From an uncultured Candidatus Saccharibacteria bacterium (lineage in GTDB: Bacteria; Patescibacteriota; UBA1384; JACPKC01): 64,000 nt of DNA. Location: assembly GCA_964423885.1 (NCBI GenBank), contig CAYRGD010000001.1, positions 24,156 through 88,155 of the forward strand, in the 5' to 3' direction. Both the position numbers and the translations under genes were made by a program. The notes below the pieces were generated by a model. That model was not told where the DNA came from. It searched no databases and saw only the letters and a list, made by a program, of their open reading frames with translations. Position 1 is the stretch's first letter. The number at the start of each line of letters is the position of its first letter. Of this stretch, positions 37,957-47,505 are shown in pieces.

Positions 37957-38546
37957 GCACCGACGCCCAGCCTGCGAGCGCACGCTCGAACGATATCCTG
38001 TGGACGGCCGTCGGTCTGTTGGGCGTAGCTGCCATGGGCTACTTCTACGTCGCGCCCGCCATCGCCAAGCTGAAAGAATCCCGGGCTGCCGCCCAGGCCA
38101 AGCAGAACGACGTTACGGCGATGACCGACCAGATCGCACAGATCGACCAGATCGGCCAGCAGCTGGCCGCCCAAACGGAAAGCCTGAAGCTGTTGAACCT
38201 GGCAGTGCCGGCCACCCCGGCCTTCGACCAATTGCTCATGGCGCTGGCTGCGATGGCGTCTCAGTCGGGTGTCGAACTGTCCACGGTCACGCCGGCGGTC
38301 GGCAGTACCGGCGCGTCGACCCCGTCGGCATCGGTGTCGGTCAAAGGGACGTATACCGGGATCCACCTGTTCCTCGAAAACGCGGCGAAGAACATCCGCC
38401 CGCTCACGATCACGAACCTGGGGCTCGCGGCCGCGACGGTCGAAGGCCAGGCCACGCCGCTCATTACTGCCACCATGACCATGACCGCCGCGCAGGCCGT
38501 GCTGCCCACCGATCCGGCCGCGACGCCCGAAGGGAGCCAGCAATGA
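37953..38546 (+). CDS. pilO: Type IV pilus assembly protein PilO-like
   Basis: Start MSTDAQP (ATGA overlap with pilN). TM (ILWTAVGLLGVAAMGYFYVAPAI), then coiled coil (AKLKESRAAAQAKQNDVTAMTDQIAQIDQIGQQLAAQTESLKLL), then a C-terminal domain. Confidence 0.6.
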   Translation: MSTDAQPASARSNDILWTAVGLLGVAAMGYFYVAPAIAKLKESRAAAQAKQNDVTAMTDQIAQIDQIGQQLAAQTESLKLLNLAVPATPAFDQLLMALAAMASQSGVELSTVTPAVGSTGASTPSASVSVKGTYTGIHLFLENAAKNIRPLTITNLGLAAATVEGQATPLITATMTMTAAQAVLPTDPAATPEGSQQ

Positions 38547-38800
38547 CCGCGCAACAGACCACGATCGCTGCCAGCGTCGCGCTCCTTGCCGTGCTGCTCG
38601 GGTTCGGTATCTGGCTCATTGCATTGTCGAACCCGTCTCCCGAACTTGTTGCCGCCAAGGAACAGCCGCCCCAGCCGCTGCCGAGCTTGAGCGTCGACCA
38701 GCTACAGCAGCAGGCAGGGAGCCGCCAGATTTTCGGCGCGCTGCCGATTGATCTCAACCTGGCCGCGCTCGGCCGTCTCGACCCGTTCGCGAACCGGTAG
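38543..38800 (+). CDS. Small single-TM pilus-cluster protein (PilP-like?)
   Basis: MTAQQTTIAASVALLAVLLGFGIWLIAL...; ATGA overlap with pilO; 85 aa. Confidence 0.45.
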   Translation: MTAQQTTIAASVALLAVLLGFGIWLIALSNPSPELVAAKEQPPQPLPSLSVDQLQQQAGSRQIFGALPIDLNLAALGRLDPFANR

Positions 38801-38809
38801 GGGAACAGT

Positions 38810-41305
38810 ATGGCACAAGACCCGGCGAACCTTCCGGCCGACCAGCTTGCCGATTTGGCATCGGTCACGGCTGCCGCCAAACAGCTCGGCTTGGACATGG
38901 CCCGCGTCGACGCGTCGAGCCCTGAACCGGCGGCGCTGAAGCTCATCGCCAAGCCCTTGGCGCTCGAACACCGCCTGGTGCCGCTGAAGCTCGACGGCAA
39001 ATCCCTGTACGTGGCGGTGTCCGACCCGTCGCTGCTGACCAAACCCGCGCCTGCGTTCCTGCAGGAACTCAAAGCCCAGGGTTACGTGCTCAAGCTGTTT
39101 CTGACCCCGGCCGCCGATTTTACGGCCGCGGTTACGGCCTACGACGCCCCGGCACCTGTGCCAGCTGCGCCCGAGCCCGCCGGTATCCCGGCTGCCCCGG
39201 CGACGGTGCCGCCCGTGGCACCGGCCGTTCCCACGCCAGCTCCCGTACCTGCGCCCGCCGCACCGCCGGTGATGCCGTCTGTCCCGGCTGCGGTGCCGAC
39301 ACCGCCTGCGCCTGCGGCCCCTGTACCTGTGCCGGCCTCGGTTATCTCGTCGCAGATCCCGGCCGTCGACCTCATGACGCGGCAGATCCCAAAGGCGACG
39401 CTCGAACGGTTCCCCGAAGACGTGGCGACCAAGTACCAGATCGTGGTCTTCGAACTGTCGGCCGACGGCAAGGAAGCGTCCGTAGCGGCGGTCAAACCCG
39501 ACGACCAGCGGATCCGGGATATCTTGAAATACGTCGAAGAGCGCAATGCGATCCGCATCCATTTGTACCGCACCGATCCCAAGGGGTTCGCCGCGGCGCT
39601 CAAGGGCTACCAGGTAGGCGTACTTGCGCCGAAGCCGTCGGTCGCGCCTGCTCCGGCACCGGTTCCCGCCTCGGCACCCGTGCCATTGGCCCGTGCCTCG
39701 GCCGACAAGATCGCCGCCGTCGCCGCCAAGCCGATGGCTGCCGTACCGCCGAAGCCTACGGCCCCGCTTCCGCCCGTACCGCCCGCCGCGGTGCCGCAAC
39801 CCGCGCCGATCGGAGGCACGATGCCCGCGCCCGGTGCCGTACCCGCACCGGTCCGCCCAGCTACTCCGGCCACTCCTGCGCCGACACCTGCCCAGCCGAA
39901 ACCGCTACCAGCGGCCCAACAACCTGCGTCCGACGACACCACTCCCACGATCACGCTCGCCGAACTCCAGAGCCAGGTCGGCCTGGCGGTCAATACCGAC
40001 ACCGAATCGGGCCAGGCCGCGATGGCCCAGCTCGTGAGCGGCGACGAACAGGCGAACCTTGACCAGACGCTCGGGACGCCGGTCAACGACTTCGCCGCGT
40101 TCGAGACGGTCATGAAGACCGGCCTTATTCCCAAGATCGTCGCGGCCATCGTCTACTACGCCTCGGTATTGCTCGCCTCGGACATCCACATCGAGCCGAG
40201 CGAGACCGCGCTCCGTGTCCGTTTCCGCATCGACGGCAAGCTGCGCAATGTCGTCAAATTGCCGGTCGAGCTCCATGCGCCGCTCACCTCGCGCATCAAG
40301 ATCCTGTCGAAATTGAAAATCGACGAGAACCGCCTGCCGCAAGACGGCCGGTTCAACGTCCAGGTCGCCAGCCACCAGGTCGACCTGCGCGTCTCGACGC
40401 TGCCCACGATCCACGGCGAAAAGGTGGTGATCCGCCTGCTCGACAAGACCGCGGGCGTGAAGCAGCTGTCGGCGCTGGGCTTGAACGGCATGAACCTGAA
40501 GCGCGTCAGCGAGGCGGTCACCAAACCGTACGGCATCATTCTGGTCACCGGCCCGACCGGCTCGGGCAAGTCGACCACGCTCTACGCGATGCTCACCGAA
40601 ATCAACCGGCCCGACGTGAACATCATCACGCTCGAAGACCCGGTGGAATACCAGGTCGAGGGGATCAACCAGACCCAAGTGAAGCCCGCGATCGGCTACA
40701 CCTTCGCCGACGGCCTGCGGTCGATCCTGCGTCAGGACCCGAACGTGATCATGGTCGGCGAAATCCGTGACTCGGAAACGGCCGGCCTGGCCACCCAGGC
40801 GGCGTTGACCGGCCACTTGGTGCTGTCGACGCTCCACACCAACAACGCGGCCGGGGCGATCCCGCGGCTCATCGACATGGACGTCGAGCCGTTCCTTATC
40901 GCCTCGTCGCTCGACATTATTATCGCCCAGCGCCTAGTGCGCCGCCTGTGCGAACAGTGCAAGGTGCCGGTGACGCCGCCGGCCGAAATCCTGGCCGAAA
41001 TCACGAAAGAACTCGACCAGTCGCCGGTGGCCGAGTTGAAGAACTTGGCCAAGCGCCCGATGGCGTTCTACGGACCCAAGGGCTGCGACCAGTGCGCCGA
41101 CGGCTACCAGGGACGGCTCGGTATCTACGAGGTGATCGCCATGTCCGAATCGATCGCGCAGCTGGCGATCAAGGAAGCCTCGGGATCGGTGATCGAGGAA
41201 ACCGCCCGCAAAGAGGGGATGATGAGTATGCGCCAAGACGGCATCCTGAAGGCGCTCGAAGGCCAGACCTCGATCGACGAAATCCTGCAGGCGACATCCG
41301 AGTAA
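38810..41305 (+). CDS. pilB: Type IV pilus assembly ATPase PilB (GspE family) with duplicated N-domain and two Pro/Ala-rich linkers
   Basis: Two GSPII_E N-terminal-like domains, each followed by about 80-110 aa of PAPVPA-type low complexity. C-terminal ATPase with Walker A VTGPTGSGKSTTLYAML, Asp/His boxes, and a tetracysteine motif (CEQC...CDQC). Confidence 0.9.
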   Translation: MAQDPANLPADQLADLASVTAAAKQLGLDMARVDASSPEPAALKLIAKPLALEHRLVPLKLDGKSLYVAVSDPSLLTKPAPAFLQELKAQGYVLKLFLTPAADFTAAVTAYDAPAPVPAAPEPAGIPAAPATVPPVAPAVPTPAPVPAPAAPPVMPSVPAAVPTPPAPAAPVPVPASVISSQIPAVDLMTRQIPKATLERFPEDVATKYQIVVFELSADGKEASVAAVKPDDQRIRDILKYVEERNAIRIHLYRTDPKGFAAALKGYQVGVLAPKPSVAPAPAPVPASAPVPLARASADKIAAVAAKPMAAVPPKPTAPLPPVPPAAVPQPAPIGGTMPAPGAVPAPVRPATPATPAPTPAQPKPLPAAQQPASDDTTPTITLAELQSQVGLAVNTDTESGQAAMAQLVSGDEQANLDQTLGTPVNDFAAFETVMKTGLIPKIVAAIVYYASVLLASDIHIEPSETALRVRFRIDGKLRNVVKLPVELHAPLTSRIKILSKLKIDENRLPQDGRFNVQVASHQVDLRVSTLPTIHGEKVVIRLLDKTAGVKQLSALGLNGMNLKRVSEAVTKPYGIILVTGPTGSGKSTTLYAMLTEINRPDVNIITLEDPVEYQVEGINQTQVKPAIGYTFADGLRSILRQDPNVIMVGEIRDSETAGLATQAALTGHLVLSTLHTNNAAGAIPRLIDMDVEPFLIASSLDIIIAQRLVRRLCEQCKVPVTPPAEILAEITKELDQSPVAELKNLAKRPMAFYGPKGCDQCADGYQGRLGIYEVIAMSESIAQLAIKEASGSVIEETARKEGMMSMRQDGILKALEGQTSIDEILQATSE

Positions 41306-41314
41306 GGAGCGAGC

Positions 41315-42388
41315 ATGGACACCGACCGCACCCTGTCACCCGCGATCCAGCAGATTTTCGCGTTCGCTGCCGAACACGGCGCGTCCGACGTCCATATCAA
41401 GGTGGACGTGCCGCCCGTGGTGCGCATCGACGGCAAGCTGCGGTCGATCCCGGATATGCCGAGCTATACCGCCGACCAGGCCCGGGCCGACACGTTGTCG
41501 ACCTTGAGCCAGCACCAGCAGCAAGTGATCGCCGAGCAGCGCGAGCTCGACTTCTCGTTCTACTTCGGCGCCGTCCGCGTCCGCGCCAACGTCTACTTCG
41601 AAAAAGACAATCTGGTCGGCGCGTACCGCCTCATTCCCGATAAGCTCCGCACGGTGCAGGAGCTGGGCCTGCCGCCGATCATCGAGGACATGACCAAGGT
41701 GCGCCAAGGCCTGTTTATCGTCGCCGGCCCGACCGGCCACGGCAAATCGACCACGCTGGCCGCCATGGTCAACCTCATCAACCAGTCGCGGTCCGAAAAT
41801 ATCATCACGATCGAAGACCCGATCGAGTACGTGTTCCAGAATGCCCGGAGCATCATCTCGCAACGCGAGGTCGGTTCGGACACGCTGAATTTCGAGCACG
41901 CGCTCCGCAGCTCCTTGCGCCAAGACCCCGACGTCATTTTGGTGGGCGAGATGCGCGACCTCGAAACGATCGCCGCCGCGATTACGCTCGCTGAAACCGG
42001 CCACCTGGTGCTGACCACGCTCCACACCAACAACGCTGCCCAAACCGCCGACCGGATCCTGGACGTGTTCCCGCCGCACCAGCAGGCCCAGGTGCGGTCG
42101 CAATTGGCCAACATCCTGCTCGGCATCGTGTCCCAGCGGCTGCTGCCCAAGTTGAGCGGCGGCCGGATCGCCGCGGCCGAGATCCTGGTGGCCAACACCG
42201 CCGTGCGCACCACGATCCGCGAGGGCAAGACCCACCAATTGAACAACATCATCCAGACCAGCGCGTCCGAAGGCATGATCAGCCTCGACGACTCGCTGGC
42301 GGCGCTCGTGACCCGCGGCGAAGTGAGCCTCGACGACGCGCTCACCTGGGCGATCGACCCGAAGCACCTGAAATTGAAGCTCTACTAG
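41315..42388 (+). CDS. pilT: Twitching motility (retraction) ATPase PilT
   Basis: Walker A AGPTGHGKSTTLAAMV, ITIEDPIEYV, LVLTTLHTNNAAQT; about 357 aa as typical for PilT; AAGGAG ribosome-binding site. Confidence 0.9.
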   Translation: MDTDRTLSPAIQQIFAFAAEHGASDVHIKVDVPPVVRIDGKLRSIPDMPSYTADQARADTLSTLSQHQQQVIAEQRELDFSFYFGAVRVRANVYFEKDNLVGAYRLIPDKLRTVQELGLPPIIEDMTKVRQGLFIVAGPTGHGKSTTLAAMVNLINQSRSENIITIEDPIEYVFQNARSIISQREVGSDTLNFEHALRSSLRQDPDVILVGEMRDLETIAAAITLAETGHLVLTTLHTNNAAQTADRILDVFPPHQQAQVRSQLANILLGIVSQRLLPKLSGGRIAAAEILVANTAVRTTIREGKTHQLNNIIQTSASEGMISLDDSLAALVTRGEVSLDDALTWAIDPKHLKLKLY

Positions 42389-42389
42389 T

Positions 42390-43436
42390 ATGCAGCTGCC
42401 GTTCCAGAACCGCATCGGCGTCAAGAACAAGGCGTTCTTAGCGCGCCAGATTTCCACCATGATCGCGAGCGGTCTGCCGCTCAACAAGGCGATCGCCATT
42501 TTGGCCGACCAGGAACGCAACCCGCGGATCAAGGAAATCCTGCTCGGGGTGCTCGAAAACCTCGAAGCCGGCGCGCCGTTCTCGACCGCGGCTGCCAAGT
42601 ATCCCGCGCTCTTCGACAAGATTTTCATCAACATCGTGGTCTCGGGCGAAACGGTGGGCAAACTGTCGGACGTATTGGGGCAGCTGGCCGACCAGTACGA
42701 GAAGGACGGCGAGTTCCGGGGCAAGATCAGCGGCGCCTTCGCGTACCCGGCGTTCATCATCGTGGCGATGCTGATCGTCGGCGCGGTCATGATGGTCTAT
42801 ATCGTGCCGCAGCTGCAGTCGATCTTCGACGAAGCCCACGCGACCCTGCCGTTGCCTACGCGGATCATTATCGGCTTGAGCACGTTCCTGCGCGACTACT
42901 GGTTCTTGGCGATCGCGGGCGTGGTCGGGGCGGTGGTGTTCGTGCAGGCCTACCTGCGCTCGGCGGCCGGCAAGCGGCTGCTCGACAACATCCAGATCCA
43001 CATTCCGGGCGGCGTCGGGGTCGAAATCTACATGACCCGCCTGGCGCAGACGCTTGGGATGCTGATCCAATCCGGTACGCCGATCATCGAAGCTCTGAAC
43101 GTTACCGCCGACGTACTCGACAACGTCTACTACGCCGAACTGCTCCGGAGCGCGGTCGGGCAGGTGAAGCGCGGTATCCCGCTGTCGGTGCCGTTGGGCG
43201 AAAGCACGTACTTCCCGCCGATCGTGAGCCAGATGGTATCGGTAGGCGAACAGACCGGCCAGCTCGACAAGATCCTCTTGAACCTGGGCGCCTACTACCA
43301 GGGCGAGGTCGACGACAAATTGAAGAACATCTCGGCGCTCGTCGAACCGATCATCATCGTGGTGGTGGGTATCGGCGTCGGGTTCCTGGTCTACTCGATC
43401 CTCATCCCGATCTACAATATCGCGCAGATCCAATGA
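42390..43436 (+). CDS. pilC: Type IV pilus platform protein PilC (GspF family)
   Basis: Two T2SSF repeats, each with the GxxLxxAL...P motif (AGAPFSTAAAKYPALFD; GIPLSVPLGESTYFPPIVSQMVSVGEQTG), and three TM helices. Confidence 0.85.
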   Translation: MQLPFQNRIGVKNKAFLARQISTMIASGLPLNKAIAILADQERNPRIKEILLGVLENLEAGAPFSTAAAKYPALFDKIFINIVVSGETVGKLSDVLGQLADQYEKDGEFRGKISGAFAYPAFIIVAMLIVGAVMMVYIVPQLQSIFDEAHATLPLPTRIIIGLSTFLRDYWFLAIAGVVGAVVFVQAYLRSAAGKRLLDNIQIHIPGGVGVEIYMTRLAQTLGMLIQSGTPIIEALNVTADVLDNVYYAELLRSAVGQVKRGIPLSVPLGESTYFPPIVSQMVSVGEQTGQLDKILLNLGAYYQGEVDDKLKNISALVEPIIIVVVGIGVGFLVYSILIPIYNIAQIQ

Positions 43437-43894
43437 CACGCCGGCGCTGGCAACACGGGTTCACGCTGCTCGAGGTGCTGGTCGTGGTGTCGGTGATCGG
43501 GATCCTGGCCGGGGTCGTGGCGGTCAACCTCAACTCGGCCCGGGTGCTCGCCCGCGATGCGCGGCGCAAGCAGGACGTGCAGCAGATCCAGTCGGCGCTC
43601 GAGCTCTACTACAACGACCACCGCGCCTACCCGGCCGGCGCTGCCAGCCTGGGCACCGAACTCAAGCAGTACCTGTCAACGATCCCCAAGGATCCGTCGA
43701 CGCTTGAAGAGTACACCTACGTCTCCGGCGGCGGTGCGACGGTCAACTGCACCCAGTGGTACGCGGTCACGTACCGGCTCGAAGACAAACGCGACGCGAT
43801 CTTCGGGCAGACCAGGCAGGTCAAAGGGTGCGACAAGTCGCGCCAATCCGACCAACAGACCGGCGACGTGGTCGTGGGCGCGTCGTTGCCGTAG
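43433..43894 (+). CDS. Type IV pilin (prepilin with N-terminal methylation motif)
   Basis: MTRRRWQHG|FTLLEVLVVVSVIGILAGVVAV: class-III signal peptide with G|F cleavage site, Glu+5 and hydrophobic helix. ATGA overlap with pilC. Confidence 0.85.
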   Translation: MTRRRWQHGFTLLEVLVVVSVIGILAGVVAVNLNSARVLARDARRKQDVQQIQSALELYYNDHRAYPAGAASLGTELKQYLSTIPKDPSTLEEYTYVSGGGATVNCTQWYAVTYRLEDKRDAIFGQTRQVKGCDKSRQSDQQTGDVVVGASLP

Positions 43895-43983
43895 AGCTGT
43901 CCACAGCTTGCGGCAGTGGAATTTGTGCGACAATGGCGACAAGACGCTCCGAGCGGAGCGATAGGAGGTACCGGATGTTGCAA

Positions 43984-44478
43984 CGTATGCGAGCGATGAG
44001 GAAAGACGGCGGCTTCACGCTGCTTGAGCTCTTGGTAGTGGTGGCGATCATCGCCATTTTGGCGACGCTCATCCTGGCCAACCTGAACCGCGCCCGCCAG
44101 CAGGCGAACGACGCGAAGGTGCAGGCTGAGACGAAAGCGGTGTCTGATGCCGTCCAGCTGTATATGACTGATCCGAGCAACCCGACCACCGCTATCACCT
44201 ATAGTGGCGTACTTCCTGGTGCAAGCAGTACTGTATTGTCCGGCTTGACGACTGCGTCGGCAGGATCGGCTGCACTGCTCCAGAAGCTCCCGACGCATCC
44301 GGCGCAAGGAAAGACGTATTATTATATCGGTCAAGTGAATAGCACGTCGGGCACGTTCGAGTACGTCGTTTGCGGCCCGCTTGTGAGCAAGGTGGGGTAC
44401 TTCTACGTCAAAAACGGCGTGGCGAATACGATCAACAACGTCGCCACCTGCCCGACAGCGTTTGCTTCCTATAACTAG
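43984..44478 (+). CDS. Type IV pilin (second paralog)
   Basis: AGGAGG ribosome-binding site 5 nt upstream; MLQRMRAMRKDGG|FTLLELLVVVAIIAILATLILANL. The C-terminal region has paired Cys (CGPL...CPTAF), a disulfide-loop-like feature. Confidence 0.8.
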   Translation, partial: RMRAMRKDGGFTLLELLVVVAIIAILATLILANLNRARQQANDAKVQAETKAVSDAVQLYMTDPSNPTTAITYSGVLPGASSTVLSGLTTASAGSAALLQKLPTHPAQGKTYYYIGQVNSTSGTFEYVVCGPLVSKVGYFYVKNGVANTINNVATCPTAFASYN

Positions 44479-44482
44479 TGGA

Positions 44483-45301
44483 ATGAGTCAGTCGAGCATG
44501 CAAGCGGCCCTTCTGTGGCCGCTTGCTGCGTTCTTGGGACTGTTCGTCGGGTCGTACCTCAACGTGGTCGCCTGGCGGTGGTACCGAAGCGACCAGGAAT
44601 CGCCGCAACGGCTCACGAGCCGGAGCAAGTGCCCGCACTGCGGCAAGGTTCTTGGCTGGCGCGAGCTCGTGCCGGTCGTGAGCTTTCTCGTACAGCGCGG
44701 CCGGTGCGCGGGCTGCGCGACGCCGCTTAGTATCCGTTACCCGCTCGCCGAGCTCGGCACCGCGGCGGTCTTCGGCCTAGCCGTGGCCCGGTACGGCATC
44801 CATCCGCAGTCGGCGCTACTGCTCGTCATCGCATCGATCTTTGTCATGATCGCCTTGGTCGACGCCGAAACCCAGCTTATTCCGGATCGGCTGTCGCTGG
44901 CGGCGCTTATCGTGAGCCTCGGCGCGATCCTGGTACTGGGGGTACCCAACCTGATCGGCCGGCCAGTGACGCCGGGCGTGTTCCCGTTCGAGCACGGGGT
45001 AGCGGGCGGTGCCATCGCGGCCGGGATCCTGGGCGCGATCGTGCTCGGTACGCGCGGTCGCGGGATGGGGATAGGGGATATCAAGCTCGGAGCGGTGCTG
45101 GGGTTGAGCCTGGGCGGGCCAGCGACATTGCTGGCGCTCTTCACCGCGTTCGTGACCGGCGCGGCTGCGGGCTTACTGCTCATCCGCTCGAAGCACGCCA
45201 CGCTCAAGACCGCGATCCCGTTCGGCCCGTTCCTGGTGCTAGGCTGGCTGGTTGCCGCCCTGTGGGCGACGCCGGTGATCGCATGGTATACTGGCATCTA
45301 A
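44483..45301 (+). CDS. pilD: Prepilin peptidase PilD (A24 family)
   Basis: Zinc-binding CPHCG...CAGCA N-terminal loop, catalytic Asp boxes (ALVDAET..., GMGIGDIKLGAVLG), 6-8 TM helices. Start taken at the ATG right after the pilin stop (alternatives 44462 and 44498). Confidence 0.85.
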   Translation: MSQSSMQAALLWPLAAFLGLFVGSYLNVVAWRWYRSDQESPQRLTSRSKCPHCGKVLGWRELVPVVSFLVQRGRCAGCATPLSIRYPLAELGTAAVFGLAVARYGIHPQSALLLVIASIFVMIALVDAETQLIPDRLSLAALIVSLGAILVLGVPNLIGRPVTPGVFPFEHGVAGGAIAAGILGAIVLGTRGRGMGIGDIKLGAVLGLSLGGPATLLALFTAFVTGAAAGLLLIRSKHATLKTAIPFGPFLVLGWLVAALWATPVIAWYTGI

Positions 45302-45314
45302 CCGAAGGAGGGTC

Positions 45315-45800
45315 ATGCAGGTACTGAAACGCGGGTTCACCCTGGTCGAATTGCTGGTGGTCATCTCGATCATCGGCATCCTAGTGGGCGTCGTGGCAGT
45401 GAACGCCAATACCGCCCGCCGCCAAAGCCGCGACGCCAAGCGCAAGGCCGACCTGCAGAACGTAGCCGGCGCGCTTGAGCTGTACCGGACGACGAAGCAC
45501 ACCTATCCCACCGGCGTAACCTACGGCGCATCGTTGCGCACCGCCCTGGACGCGTTCACGAGCAATGTCCCGTCCGATCCTTCCGCGGGCGTTGCCAACG
45601 ACGGCAACTACGCGAACGGCGGCTACTACTACGCGTCGGACGGTACCAGGTTCGTGCTCGATGCCCGGCTGGAAAACGCCGCCGAGACGCCGACCATCAG
45701 CATCGCCAATCCGACGTCGCCTGCCGCTACCGGGTTCTACCAGACGGGCACGTACACCGACAGTTCCGGAAAAGCCCATTACCGCGTCGCCGGGCCGTGA
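45315..45800 (+). CDS. Type IV pilin (third paralog)
   Basis: GAAGGAGGG ribosome-binding site; MQVLKRG|FTLVELLVVISIIGILVGVVAVN prepilin leader and helix. Confidence 0.85.
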   Translation: MQVLKRGFTLVELLVVISIIGILVGVVAVNANTARRQSRDAKRKADLQNVAGALELYRTTKHTYPTGVTYGASLRTALDAFTSNVPSDPSAGVANDGNYANGGYYYASDGTRFVLDARLENAAETPTISIANPTSPAATGFYQTGTYTDSSGKAHYRVAGP

Positions 45801-45801
45801 C

Positions 45802-46335
45802 ATGGCGTCGGCGAGGGGCTTTAGCTTGGTCGAGCTGCTCATATCGATCGCGATCATCACGGTCTTGCTCGGTGTCGGCGTACCGGCGTTCCGCAACTAC
45901 GGCCAGGTAGCCGAGCTCAACCAGGCTGCGACCGACATCCAGCTCGCGCTCCTGCAAGCGCACAACCTGGCGCTCGCGCCCGAAACCGGCAAGCCGGCCG
46001 AGATCGACTACTACGGCGTGGCGTTCACGCAGGATCCCCAGCTCCGCCAATCGTTTACGGTCGTGCGCGGGCAGAAGGGTACGGCGAACATCGTCACCCC
46101 GTCCGACCTGCCGAACCCCGACCGGCACGAGCTGCCGGCCGGCATCACGGTGTCACCGATGCCGTTCACGGTCTACTACAAGGTCGGGCCGACCGGCGGC
46201 GTCATCATTACGCCTGTAAGCGGGAACGCGACGGTATCCGTTACGTCGAGCCGTCTGGCCGAGGGGCGCAACAAGGCGACGCTGACCGTCAACGCCGTGA
46301 CCGGCCAGGTATCGCTCACGAAGGCGGGGCAATGA
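45802..46335 (+). CDS. Minor pilin / pseudopilin (FimT/GspH-like)
   Basis: Start MASARG|FSLVELLISIAIITVLLGVGVPAF: prepilin-type N-terminus with a beta-rich C-terminal region. The track ORF from 45565 is an extension. Confidence 0.75.
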   Translation: MASARGFSLVELLISIAIITVLLGVGVPAFRNYGQVAELNQAATDIQLALLQAHNLALAPETGKPAEIDYYGVAFTQDPQLRQSFTVVRGQKGTANIVTPSDLPNPDRHELPAGITVSPMPFTVYYKVGPTGGVIITPVSGNATVSVTSSRLAEGRNKATLTVNAVTGQVSLTKAGQ

Positions 46336-46901
46336 CGGCCCGGCGCGGCTTCGGCTTGCTCGAAGTGGTACTGGCGACCGGTATCCTGTCGCTCGTGGTC
46401 GGCGCCTCGACCGCGCTCATCCGCGGCTCGCTCCGACGGACCGCGCTCGCGGCCGACCGCGCGATCGCCATGAACCTGGCCCAGGAGTCGATCGAGCAGC
46501 TGCGCAGTGCCCGTGATTCCACCTACATCGACAACGACCCGGCCACGAACTGGGACACGTTCCTTGCGGTCTCGCGCGCGGACGGTGCGCTCACAGCCGA
46601 CGCCGATACGTGCGCCGATGCCAAGACGCTCACGCCGCCACCGGCCAGTCCGATCGGATCCAACACCAAGTGGACGTTGGCATCCGGCTGCCAACGCAGC
46701 CTAGTACTGGGTGACCGGACGTTCCAGCGCGAAATCTACATCCTGCCCGGCCCGGCCGGCATGGTACGGGCAGCAGGATTGCCGACGTCCGTGGCTGCGA
46801 CCGACGTTGTCCGCAAAGTACATGTGATCGTGCGCTGGGATAACAACCAGCAGGCGGTCGAGGCCAGTACCTACCTTACTAACTGGCGGTCAGGCTTATG
46901 A
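46332..46901 (+). CDS. Minor pilin (PilV/GspI-like)
   Basis: MTARRG|FGLLEVVLATGILSLVVGA prepilin N-terminus; ATGA overlap. Confidence 0.75.
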   Translation: MTARRGFGLLEVVLATGILSLVVGASTALIRGSLRRTALAADRAIAMNLAQESIEQLRSARDSTYIDNDPATNWDTFLAVSRADGALTADADTCADAKTLTPPPASPIGSNTKWTLASGCQRSLVLGDRTFQREIYILPGPAGMVRAAGLPTSVAATDVVRKVHVIVRWDNNQQAVEASTYLTNWRSGL

Positions 46902-47482
46902 CCGGGCAGCGCGGCTACACGCTGATCGAAGTCCTGGTCGCCTCGGCGATGTTCGTCGGCGTGATGGTGATCGGGGTCTCGTCGTTTTCGAGCGTCAACC
47001 GGGTCAACGAGCAGATCGAGACGACGCGGAAACTTACCCAAACCGGCACCTTCGTCATGGAAACCCTGGCCCGCGACATCCGTACCGCCACCGGCTACGC
47101 GGTGCCGCCGAGCCGTTCGTTAACCAGTAAACCATTCGCGTTCGTAGCGGTGAACGGCCAGCAGGGGATTCTGGTGCAGACCTGCCCTGACGGCGGCTGC
47201 AAAACGGCTGCCGACGTCGTCGCCAAGACCTACGCTTGGCAACGCGGCCAGCAGCGCGCAGCCGACGGCACGTTGCTTGCCGGCCAGCAGACATTGCTGC
47301 CCGCCGATGTGGCTATGACCGATTTCAGTGTGACCGGCAAAGACTTCACGACGCTCACGATCCAGCCCTACGCGACGATCGAGTTCACCGTGGCCGACAA
47401 GGACTGTCTCTTGGCAGGCCGCACCGATTGCGCCAAACAGACGTTCCGCACCACGGTCACCAGCCTGGTCTACGACCGGTAG
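46898..47482 (+). CDS. Minor pilin (PilW/GspJ-like)
   Basis: MTGQRG|YTLIEVLVASAMFVGVMVIGV prepilin N-terminus; ATGA overlap. Confidence 0.75.
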   Translation: MTGQRGYTLIEVLVASAMFVGVMVIGVSSFSSVNRVNEQIETTRKLTQTGTFVMETLARDIRTATGYAVPPSRSLTSKPFAFVAVNGQQGILVQTCPDGGCKTAADVVAKTYAWQRGQQRAADGTLLAGQQTLLPADVAMTDFSVTGKDFTTLTIQPYATIEFTVADKDCLLAGRTDCAKQTFRTTVTSLVYDR

Positions 47483-47505
47483 GGATCTGGTATACTCGCG
47501 CTCGC

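Noticed and set aside
38702-40149. Long - strand ORFs (38702-39799, 39607-40149) and possible CRISPR-like periodicity in the pilB linker DNA
   Set aside because: The periodicity comes from Pro/Ala codon repeats (GCACCGGC...) inside pilB. There are no spacer-repeat units of constant length and no cas genes. The antisense ORFs are Gly/Arg-rich artefacts.
43895-43983. Hairpin AGCTGTCC-ACAGCT after the first pilin as a terminator
   Set aside because: The stem is only 6 bp with a 2-4-nt loop and there is no U tract. It is more likely nothing or a weak attenuator.
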